DNA of 64,000 nucleotides from NCBI RefSeq assembly GCF_000150275.1, contig NW_002060948.1, positions 953,983 to 1,017,982 of the forward strand, given 5' to 3'. Origin of the DNA: Trichoplax adhaerens (taxonomy: Eukaryota > Animalia > Placozoa). Every line of letters begins with the position of its first letter. Within the stretch, counting starts at the first letter, position 1. This document shows positions 1 to 14,544 of the stretch, piece by piece. Below the pieces are notes generated by a model. It saw nothing but the letters and a program-made list of their open reading frames with translations, made no database searches and was not told where the DNA came from. The position numbers and the translations under genes were made by a program.

Positions 1-582
1 GTTATTCATTCAAATATTGCAATGGCCTAGATCTTTAACTGGTATTGAATACGATCTAATCCACGTACAAGATCCAATCTTATACATTATACGTAAGCAG
101 CATAGACATTCACCAACAGAAGGTAAGAATGCATATTTTAACCTACATAACAGAATAGTTTGATCTTTTAAAGACTTAAAGTTGAAACACTGCAGTAATT
201 GCATTAAACCATAATAACTTTGTTGCAATTGTCATACGTAGTATGGCAATGTTATAGCAATATCCTTCTACTGTATTCTATGTACAGTACTTTTGCGCAA
301 TCAGAACCTAATACCTATGTTTATTTTATACCATTTAAATTCAAAACTAAGTAAACTCGTAAATGAAATGATGTATTATAGAGTTTTGCTTATATTGTTA
401 CGGATCAACAGATTAGCTTATAGCGTTGCCATATGACGTTCAAAATACTTTTCGCTTGAACTACAGTAAAATGTATATATAACTACACTAAAATGTGGTA
501 ATTACAAAATATTGATACTAGTATCCTAGCTAAAAATAAATCTGCAATGACTACAGTGGCCATATTTATAAATTTTTTACAG

Positions 583-1911
583 TTACTCCACTGGCTGAAT
601 ATTATGTTTTAGCTGGTGTGGTTTACCAAGCTCCTGACCTTGCCTCTGTATTAAATTCCAGATTGGTAAGTTAACGTATTGCAGTGGATTTAGTAACAAA
701 TGATACGTCACATTGCATACTCTGAAGGACAGTATGTTTATAATGTAATCATATTAAAGATTCAATTCTTTGTCAATCTTATAGCTATCGGCGTTATACC
801 ATATTCAATCGGCCTATAATGAAGGTATTTTATTACATAAATGAAAAATCTTTGTAAAAAAATTATTATTGTCTTATAACTTTTAAACAGAGTTTAATAT
901 AATGGTATTACGCCATCCCTGCATTTTAAGAAGAGCGTTGTAATGCTCTTTCACTTGCATATTCAATTATACATACCCTAATATCAGCATCTGGATAAGC
1001 CTACTATAATTAAAATTGCCATTCAAATATGTAATTGGACTCTTGATACTTTTATTAGTCGTGCTATTCTAAATTTTACATACTGTCTCAATGTAATCAG
1101 CTGGCAAAGTTTAATTGCAAGATAACAACCCTGCTAATTGCTACACCGCCTGATAATCCTATTATATCCTATATTCTGATATAATATACTTTAAAATATA
1201 TATAATTATAGCAATGTCCTATTCACGTTTTGAAGCTGGTAAAGATTATTACTGGGAATTTGAAAAGAAAGGTATAACGTCTCCTAGAAGACCATGTCTT
1301 TAAAATACCTATCTTTAATATGTATCTGTAATATTACTCATGTTGAGGTATCTCCTTCAATAATGTAGCAAAATCGAAAGCAGCTTCTTCAAACCGTCAT
1401 GAACTTTCCAGTACCTTGTTTCAGAGGAAAAAAGTCGATGCAGTATTGACAGACTTTTCAAAAAAATTCCCCCCAAAACACATCAAGGTTGCAAACTTGT
1501 CAATATCTCAATTTCATATCATCGAAATTATATCCATTAAATAACCTAAATATATTATATACATTTATATTTTAGCCTTCTTTTTGGGGAAGTCAGCAAT
1601 CCAATGGTAAGGCGATTAATAATAGTGCATGCGGATGTAAATTGTTAATTATAACACCATGGGAAGAGCAATTTATCTATTTAACACTAACCCTATCTAT
1701 GAAATTTCCTTCCTCTTATCGCTATGACTATCAAGGTGTAGATAATCCTGATGGTGTCACTCAGGCTGACAACCAAAACGTCAAAAACCAAGGCAGAAAT
1801 GATCTTTTGGAGAATGGGCAAAAACATTTACGTGATAACTTCAATACTGGCAATGAATTAACCGAAAACATCGATGCACAAATGATACCTAACAAAAAGA
1901 GGAAACTGTAA
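583..1911 (+). CDS. MED6: Mediator subunit 6, 3' exons (5' end lies before the window)
   Basis: GT-AG exons at about 583-665, 785-824, 1213-1271, 1369-1486, 1576-1606 and 1736-1911. They translate to [27 protein letters not shown] / [13 protein letters not shown] / MSYSRF / [23 protein letters not shown] / ...KKRKL*, matching recalled MED6 motifs (YYIxAGxxYQAPDL, FQRxxVDxLL, FPPK). Confidence 0.9.
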
Positions 1912-2964
1912 ATTTATTGCAAATTTCGCCAATCGATTACTTAAGTGATTATACGTATCTTGGCTTACTATATAGTAATGTAAAAACATTAAAAACTTTT
2001 GTAGTAATACAGTAATTCGCCGTTTATTGATTTCCTTCGACGGTACACATACTTGTACTAGATCGAATGCAAATTTAAAACTATTGCTACAACCGATATA
2101 GCATTCTAACTCTGTCCAAAGTAATTTATACATAGTAACAACAATGAGGCAGAATACTATAGTTTATAAATTGTTCATAGGATTATACCATATAATAATT
2201 TATCCGCAAGATAGAGTGTTTATAATTAAAGTTTGGAACGGTCATTCAACCATGTTGAATAGAAATTTCGATTCATAATAATTTTTAATAATCGTAAACT
2301 GTCTACCTTCCTAGTAATTACTAGTTACTTACCGCATCTTGAATAATGTATATCCATTGTGTTATATATTTTATTAAATGATATATACTGCCCAATGGTA
2401 TTTTTGCAATTAATTGTGGACTCCCCTGATCAATCAAAATTATTTACGAAATAATCATTACCAAAAACTTGCGGACAACGACATTTAGTCGTTAGGGTTT
2501 ACGAGAAGGTCGGTGCTAAATTAACAAAGTATGCCTACAATGTACTCATCGTACTTTTACAGTACAGTTACATTACAATTAGTATCAGGCCGTAAGCAAT
2601 ACCCCTATTAACATATGTAAGTATTTTATTATTACAAAATTATTACAACATGTAAGACACATTGAAATATCTCTTCCATTCCAGTTTTCGTAACATCAAT
2701 GACAAAACTTATTCTCGTGTAAAATTGTCAGACATACATATATCGTTACGTTTATATCTATATATATATATATATGTATATATACATTATGACAAAATAC
2801 TACTACATAATACGAATATATTGTTAGATTGCGATGAAATATTGGTCGAAAATTTTATATTAGGCATAATGCGACACATCCGTCCATTAGTTATAAAATT
2901 AAATACTCATACTATAGATAAATCATTCTCACAGTAAATCTATAACATAAATTGATATAGCTAA

Positions 2965-5578
<2,614 letters not shown>

Positions 5579-7242
5579 TGAGAGCTTTACTTGACAGTAA
5601 CAGTACAAACGGAGCTTGCTAGCTGTCAAATATGCCGTCCAGTGTCGATTACAGTGTATAGTACTGTATGTTACAGTACACGATACTGTGGCAATGTCGT
5701 GATTTGTTGACTTTGACTGCACCATGGGACTTCTACAGTACTGTACTATAGTGTACCGTAGATACCTCGAAGTCTATGACTGTGCCCACTGCCCACCTGT
5801 CACCACCTAACCGGTGACCACAGTGTTGGTGCACCCTACTGACCCTAGTGTACAGTAACACTGAGAAGAAAAGAGAGGTAACACTAGCAGGGACTACACC
5901 ATCTGAATTCACTCCGTGCATAAAAATTGTCACCCCTTCCCTAGAACGACAACACATCTTTTCATTCTCTTACGAGGGAAGAGGTGATAACTTTTATGCA
6001 ATGGGGTACAATTTGGATGGAGTAGTCCCGGACACTGGACGGAAGGCTCATCCAAGGACTTGTGAGCTCATCGCACCGCGTAAAAAAATGTCTAGGCCGG
6101 TGGTAACCAGACCAGGCTGACCAGAATTGCGATAACATGTCGCTTTACTGGCATACTTTCTCTAGTTTTCGTATAATTAAATGGTACTTACGACTACGTA
6201 GAATAAACTGTATAAAAATTTACAGCTTTGGTGGACACCTGCTGACTATGAAATTCCACCTCTTTGAATAAAGTGATCTGATTAATCACCTTTCAGCATT
6301 GACCATGGACTGAATAGGGCAATCAACATATCTGCGCATAGATTGATATTGTCATATGATATACGTATATAAGCAGAGTCATTTGTGTATCAAGTAGCAT
6401 ACTGCTACAATTGGGTTTTTACTTCATAAATACATAAATTCAAGAGTCTACAACGTCATACACAGACTTTAAATACTCGTATATCGAGATCCTAACTACA
6501 AGTCCTAAAGTAAATCGAGTAGTTCATCTGCTGATAATCAATTATATAGCTTATATTATCATATTGTACAATACACTGCCTCGATTGCATGATACGATCA
6601 AACCTTGTTATTCTCAGGGTCATTAAGAACAACAGTTACAAGAAAATAATCGCTGAATCCATTCAGAGCTTGTTAATCCAGTCGGGAGTGTCTACAGCCA
6701 ATCCCTTACGTTTTCTTTAAAGAAATATGAGTACCTTGGCAAATTCATTTTTTTTTTTTTTAGTTACTCTATGCAGACCCCCGATCAATTATTCTTCTTA
6801 CAGCTTTGCAACCCAATCACCAGTGACCTATTAACCTTGGCATTCATTCTTTCTTTATTCTGTGTCGCAAACATAACTTTTAGTTACTATCAATTGAAGG
6901 GCTAGTGATTTGCGCTGGAGAGTAAAAAATAATCAATTTATTTAAATTAGACTATTTCAGCCCAACGCTATCATGAATTCAATAATATACCTCACATTCA
7001 ATATTTATCGGCCGTATTTTTACTTGCTTGCCTTCAATTGCTGTATATTACCTCTTGCCTACATACGTAGTATCCTTACGATAAAAGTGCAATTCAATTG
7101 AATTTAACCTTCTATGCATTTATACGTTGTACATGCCTATTAGATTACAATTCATGTTATTTTAGCTACTGCATAGCAAATAATAACATCCATTGATCGC
7201 CACCCCTCCCTAAAATAGTTATTGTCCTTCTGATGGTAATGC

Positions 7243-10200
7243 ATGATGGCTAAGATAACTCGTGTCGTTGCTGCAGTAAATTTGATATTAGCGATAGCCT
7301 ACGTCGTCATAGCAATAGCATGGGGCCAATTATTATATCCGATAAATCCTTCTTCTCAATCAGCGGAACCACTTGCTGAAATTGCCATCTTAATAGCAAC
7401 GGTAAGACTCTAGGTCATGTTATACGATCATCGCATAATATCATAATCATATATAAAAATAAGTCAAAATTCTAAATTTGAACCTTTGTAAATCTCTACT
7501 ATCCAAATAAGTGATTATTTTAAACAGTAATCCTCGATCATTACTACAATTAGAATAATCATCGTGAATTAGATAATATTCTTTACAGCCGATAGGATAA
7601 TCAAGCTCGATTGAAAATCTATAAAATAGTCGCTTAATAACCATGATCACCGAGTACTAATAATTGTGATCAAGGACTGTGGACTGTCAAATTAGGGACG
7701 ATACAAATGAAAAACATCATTAAAATTAAAATAGGAAAAGAATAATGATAATACCACAGTGCTTGAAATATTCTGTATGAACTCTAAACATGCTGCATAT
7801 TGCATCAGTCACCAGCATAGAAACATGTAAAGTTGGCGGCAGACCATACTTGTTCAAGTTTAGAAACGTTTCGAATCAACAAGTTGATTATCTCTTCTAA
7901 TTGAAGTCCTGCATTCGCGTCTAACCGATTAAATATCAGTTAATGACTGATTTAATACAGGAATAACAACATGAAAAAAATCGTAACCTTATAGTAGAGT
8001 AATTGATTATCATAATGCTAGAGCTTTCAAAACGTGTCATTCCTAATCACTACGCTCATACTACCGACCACAAAAACTGAAATATGCGTATCAATAATAA
8101 TATACTCGTACATATAATAGAATTGAAGGTAGATTCTACTTATTAATTACAATTACCATCAGAATAAATAAGATAAATATTAGCCCTGTTAAAATTTTGA
8201 AAGCAGGCAATTTTAATAGCCATGAGTACTAAACTTAAAACAAATGACTAATCAGCGACAAAAAAAGACAATATGCATATGAAAATTCAGTAATAGCAGT
8301 TATTGCATAGTAGAACAAAATAATAATGCAATAGCATTCAAAAGATATCGTATTATCTCTAAATACCATACACTAAATATATATTTACGCATATACGGTA
8401 TATACTAAGGCCATTCCTAGGAGCGCTTTCAGCCTTAACTGAAAATTTTGTCAATAACGGAAATAAATTTTATCACCTACCAATAATTAATTAATAGTTA
8501 TTATAATCAATTACAAATATTACAGCTAGAAGGAAACAGTATAATAAGAAATTGATTTTGATTTTTTCCCATACACGATAAGTTGGGAGCATTAGCAATG
8601 ACAGGACTTTGGCAAGGAGATCACCAAAACTCTTCCGGTCAGGTTAGTTCGAAAAAAGTGTACAGTAGTCTCAGATCGAATCAAGGTAGAAGTACATGAA
8701 GAATCATTATCATGATTATAACATTATTCTAGGTTATAAAAAATTTGTTGCTAGAAATAAAAATAATTTGAATTTTTATATATTACGTAGATTGCAGCAA
8801 TTATAGTCATGTCTATCATATCGATCTTCCTGGCCATTGTCAATCTCGCTAAAAGTACCCCATACATGCTGATTATTCAAGGCCAGTTTGGTTCTGCAGG
8901 ATTAATAACTTATGCATTCTTCGTTCTGCTCTCAGCTATTACGATGTATTGTGAAGGTTGGATGATCGATCTCTTATATCATGAAATCGCTAATACAACT
9001 TACACCAATTCTCCCACAGCTTATGATGACAACAACTGGAAATATGACATACATAGGACTAAAATCAATAGTAAATGGATAAAGATTAATTTTATTATAT
9101 CATTATCTATCTTTGGAATTGGAGTTTTATGCCTCTTTATTAATACAATGGAGCTATCCAGATCAACCATATTTTCTGGTGCTATGGTATGTGCTCTCAC
9201 CTGTCACGCATTATACTGTGACTTTTGACATGAATTACAGTTACACGAGTATATACTACATAATTTTTTGCAATCAGTTTAACCAATATCTATTTGATCA
9301 TTTTGTGCTCAATAAAACGGTACTGTCATGTAGATTTCCAATAAAAGTTACAAGAATATAATTTTAGTAATATAATTAAGGTATATATCGATTGTTGTTT
9401 AATCAAGATTGTACTGATTATTTTAGAGCATTGCAACCTGTACTGTTAATCTCATTGCTAATCGGAAGAAATCAATCAATTTGGTAAATGTATAAATTTA
9501 AATTTGCTTCTTGCTAGAAGGTATAACCTTAATTGTTACCTACTGGCAGTTCTAGATATTCAAAAGAGAAGAATAAATGAAACCTTTCTATTAAACCATT
9601 TGATAGTTGTATAATTGATAAGTGATCTCCCTTTAAACTATTTAAGTTTTAAAAGCTACCATGCAGTAACACTACAGTAATAATTTGTATATATAATGTA
9701 CAGTATTATATCTCCTAATATATTTATAGATAAAAATCTATTTGTTACTTATTTCTGCTATGGTTGATTTTTATAGGAAATCTGGACAATTTATATGTAT
9801 AGATGGTCGCTTTTGCTAACAGCCTATACAATAATTATTAACACCTTCAACTTTATGCAATCAATAGCAGCAACAGGAGAAAAACCAAGGACTACAATAT
9901 TAATTTTATATATATTAACGACAGTAATGGCGTTAACACTTGCAATTACAATTTCAATTCCACTTCGCATACTACGATCGGCTATCCACATTTTCAAAGA
10001 CTTCTGTCAAACATGGAATGAAGATTTATTGTTGCATATCCTTATATGCATCTACTATATAATCGGACTACTGTGCATTACAAATTCAATTCTATCGATG
10101 GTATTAATATCTGGTTATCTTTGTAGTCAGTCCAGTTTTATTATGGGTACCATAGTAAGTAGTTCCATACTTATTTAATGTTAGTGTTGATTCTTGTAAT

Positions 10201-11846
10201 CTAAGTAACTCACTACGCAGTATACATGTTTTTCTTTCTCTTCGAAGTAAAAAGTTTCGTATTATTTCTTAGGTGTTAATACTTATAATTATATAATTAG
10301 TACAATCTCTGTACATAAAATATATGACATACCTTTGTCATTTCTAAATTAAGAATAGCTGAATTTTGTCACATTTCTGCATGTCTACTGCATTAATAAT
10401 AATTTACTTGCTTACAGTATTTATTAGGAGCCACCTCCATCTTAGAGAATCGACTAGGAACGACTATGCCAACTGTAAGTAATCATTTAGAATGATTATG
10501 CTTTCGTAATCTTCATTCATAAGTGTGCTATATTAAATCTATACAGCTAGATCGGAATTAAATGAAATATTAACGATTTAATGCCATACGACATTTGATG
10601 GTCACTTTTCATTCATTATTTTTACTTTGGATTTAATTATTTTTAGAAATAAAATCTAAATGTCAAATGATGAGTAGAACTTACCCATTTTCATCTGTTT
10701 ACAAATTATTTACTAATAGGATCAACTTCTTATGTAAATAAGTTAATATTTCAATGATAATTATAGGAAATAGAAAATAAAAACCTGCTAAGGTACATTT
10801 TGGCTATGGCTGTGGCCACTATTTGCACCAACGTTTTCGACTATTTCAAGCTTACATCAAATCTAAATCTAATCATTGGGAAAGATCTATTACTGATGGC
10901 ATGGATAATGAATATAGTCACTTTAGCAATAGGACTCTTCGGCTATCTTTATGAATTATATTATAGCTCCTCCAGTCATCATAAAACACAACATCTTAAT
11001 AATTCTCTTTATGCGTCCGCTTTTGGCGCAGTAAGTAACAATTTCACGTTTACGACAAAATGAAGTAGATACTTCTTACTTTCACAATAACGGTAAATTT
11101 TATTTACTTTACTGATAGCCTTTAAAATACGAATTCTTAGCAATAAAATCTAATATAACTGCAACTTTAATACTAATTTAACCTTTATCTAAAGTTTCTT
11201 ACAAAAAATATACAACTGCTTCTGTATATTAGTATCTCTTTTATACATACTGCCTACAGGAAATTGAAATTTTATAATATATTATTTGTTGGATGGTATT
11301 TCAGAATTAGAATCACTTTGGCATCTGTGCAAAATCTCTATATGCATAACATATAGCTGCTATTAATACCCGTTAGTAATTGTAACTTATAATAATATTA
11401 CTGTAGTTATAGGTATTTTGTTAATGGCAAAAAATCTATTTTGGTTTAATAATAATACATAGTTCTAGAATTAGTAAGTGATATTACAATGGCCTATAAT
11501 CGCTATCTATATTTCTAACTTTATAAACTAGTGTGCTTATAGTATATATGAACAAATTTTAACTTACTATTACCTGAAAGATATACCTTTTTTTGATAAT
11601 ATAAAATAAGTAACTCGTAGACTTAAAATTGTCTACTATCATCCTCTAAAATAACATACTGTACATATAAAATTTCTACACTTTTTCGACTATCCTTTTC
11701 GAAATATTTCATAAAATGACTTTGCAAGACTCAAATTAAAATTTTTGATATCGTAGGAACCTTCCACACAGGAATTTGTGAACATGGGCTTCAGTCTTGA
11801 TGATGGAGACGATAACGGATCGCAAATAACAAAAACCGAAGTTTAA
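7243..11846 (+). CDS. Uncharacterised multi-pass membrane protein, 8 predicted exons, C-terminal ...KTEV*
   Basis: In-frame chain of GT-AG exons at about 7243-7401, 8583-8642, 8791-9186, 9428-9483, 9777-10153, 10418-10473, 10767-11030 and 11757-11846. Many hydrophobic helices (ORFs at 8809, 9795 and 10800). Exon joining was done by eye. Confidence 0.65.
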
Positions 11847-12901
11847 CGGGCAAAACATTTTCCAGTTTATTTAATCCTAGAGTGTAATTTTTGGAAATCT
11901 TGATCTAAATTACGATATACCAGTAAATTTAAAGCATAAGATTAGAATATCAGCTTCAGAAATTAGTCTAGTAATCGATATTATAGCGTATATTTATTTT
12001 GCAACGTAGTAGTACTGACACATAATGTAAGCATGTAAAACTATTTATTTAAAATCAATTAATAAATGATTTATAAATATTAATCCTGAATTTTAGTAAT
12101 AGCCTGATAATACAAAAATTAGACAACCTTAGAGAAATGATTAGCAATATTTTAAGAATTGCAATGGTTATAATATAGACTAGAACATAAATCGAAGCTC
12201 TCACTGTAATATCATTTACTATTGTCTTTTACTATGTTGCAATCACAACACATTTCCACGTATAAGTAGATTACAGAGTATACTTATCAGTTACACTGTT
12301 ATACTGTAATAAACGCCCTACCTTTTATAATCCAGTGCGATAAACGACCTAATTAAAGCGATATCCCGTATGCCTATTACGGATTATCTAACTCCTTGGC
12401 CTTTCGATATAAAAATACTTCAATAATAATAATTGAACTCCCGTTAAACTATATTAATTCTACAATGCGATAACATAACAGTATCGACTTTTATAATATG
12501 CCAATAACAGGAGGATTAAGAAAGACTACAGTGGTAGAGTATGGAACTCGTTGATATTGATTAACGGTAAATAATGATTAGATAGCAATTTATATACATG
12601 TTATGAAATGGATATAACAAGTGTAAAGAAAACTTTATATTACGTATCTATTATTATAATTTTTAAGTTTGCAATATTTTAGGTGAAGGCTGTACCATGT
12701 TTTTCCCTCATCGTTCATCTTTATTTAGCGTTATGACCTTAACATTGATATTTTCAAAACGCGCGTTTCTTTGCATCGCTATGTACAGATTATGGACAGA
12801 TGCACTGTAAACCTGTAGATTGTCGGTAAACACAAGCTGAATTTATAATTACTTAATATTTAACAGAATTGCTCTGTTAATCTGTGTATTCCATCCGTCG
12901 A

Positions 12902-14450
12902 AAACTACCCTGAAAGTCTGTAACTGTCATACTCGTATGTACCTGTTCAACGACAGCAACAAATTTATTTAATTAATTCGAATTAGGTAAACCCACACAC
13001 AATGCTGTGAGAACAAGAGCCCTGATATAATATATTACAGCGAATTTTTTTATTGCTAATTCTCTTTAGCTCTGATTCTACAGTGTAGCTGCTATATGAA
13101 TAAATCCTCTTCTCTTTTATAGTATAATAAAGGATAATAAAGGGCGTTAGAAACGAAAGCTTTGTCGTACCATACCAACTTTCACAAATTTATCGTGAAT
13201 GAGTGCTCTAGATTTCTATTCTTAAACGGTTGCTGTATTCACGGTTGTGGCTCATAACAATTAACGGTATATTAAATTGTAAATACATAACCAAGTCATT
13301 GCAATAATTTACAGCTTAAGTCGCCATGCGGAAAGTTTTCTTGACTCTCTTATAGGTAATTACGATATTATTTACATGTTTGGCCAAGTGCCCCTTCACT
13401 TTTCTCTTTGAAAGTACTATAAGTATTTTACTTTTCGGACCTTCTTAAGTAGAACTGTGTACGCGTATCAAGAAATAGTAATGACGATTATCAGTAATAT
13501 TCAAAAGAAGTTACAAGATGGTTTTGAGAGTATATACGACAGGCAAAAAATTGAGATTTGGTGTTGACAATTGGTCATGCCGACATGGGTAAAAATCCTT
13601 TTCTCAATTACATATTAGGCCATGAAATGCTAAAGAGCGATTTCGGGATTATAGATATTATGGACCCTGCTATTATTCAGATCGGTCATGGAATAGAAAC
13701 TTTATTTGCTAAACCGATTGTAAGTAAGTACTATCCTTGGGTTTTTGCAGATTTATCAAGTTTTCCAGTATACACATCATATGAGAATTCTGTTGTGGCT
13801 GCTATTAGCACTAAATTGGCGGTTCGAAATACCCGTCAGGTTAAGGGTATTGTAATTTTAAAGGAAATCACTAGTTTATGCAGTGGGAAACTATACGAAT
13901 TACATATAGTTCCATAGATCACCCAATAGATGCAAGGGAAAACCGTTTTCCCCCGTTTAGGTTACTTAATTAGCGAAGTTAATCTGTTTACAATTGTTGC
14001 CGTAAACTAGTTAAAATGAGTAGATCTTGTGAGGTTGTATATTGTCATATACAATACAGTACGAGTATACATCGTGTATATATACACGTTGTCATAAATA
14101 ACACGCGTAATTAAATAAGATTTATTCATTATGTTTATATTCTAACGTGGCATGATCGAATTGTAATCATACCAGGAACTACCGTACACAAAAATGAGAA
14201 GTGCAATCCAATTGGTTAGTTTCCTGCTGTTGTTAATTGTATATTTGCATTCTATATTGTTATTCGATATGACAAACACGGAAGTTTGCTGAGCCGCACC
14301 TAAGTTTCAGAAATTTACTTTCTATTGCTATTTTGAATTACAATTTTAATCTAATACTGCATCATGATATAACATATTATTATTCCATACAGTTCCATCC
14401 CTATTTTGAATTACAATTTTAATCTAATACTGCATCATGACGTAACATAG
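12902..14450 (+). repeat. Inverted segmental duplication, arm 1 (partner 17698-19389)
   Basis: Reverse complement matches 17698-19389 almost base for base, e.g. aaactaccctgaaagtctgtaactgtcat vs atgacagttacagactttcagggtagttt. ORFs 13558+ and 18010- differ at only about 4 residues. Confidence 0.92.
13481..13917 (+). pseudogene. Decayed B-like GTPase paralog (N-terminal domain only)
   Basis: ATG at 13481 gives MTIISNIQKKLQDGFE, homologous to the B N-terminus, then a frameshift. The P-loop has decayed to GHADMGKNP and G3 to DLSS. YPWVF and LAVRN.RQVK are retained. Confidence 0.85.
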
Positions 14451-14480
14451 TTCATTATTCCATATAGTTCGATCGCTATT
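14329..14480 (+). repeat. Short tandem duplication (about 72-bp unit) just upstream of gene A1
   Basis: ctattttgaattacaattttaatctaatactgcatcatga occurs at about 14329 and 14401. Confidence 0.85.
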
Positions 14481-14544
14481 TTTTTAAAATCTTAGGTGAG
14501 ACTTAGTGAAAGGAATATTTCACCAAACGAAAGGAAAGATCGCA

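Noticed and set aside
5579-6120. Upstream extension of the YIPF4 ORF and ORFs 5733/5848
   Set aside because: The translations reflect tacagt-rich promoter-like sequence, with no homology cues.
14506-14544. GTG-initiated N-terminal extension of A1 (and 24632 for A2)
   Set aside because: The ATG at 14545/24671 aligns with the starts of A3 and B1; the GTG start is an ORF-finder convention.
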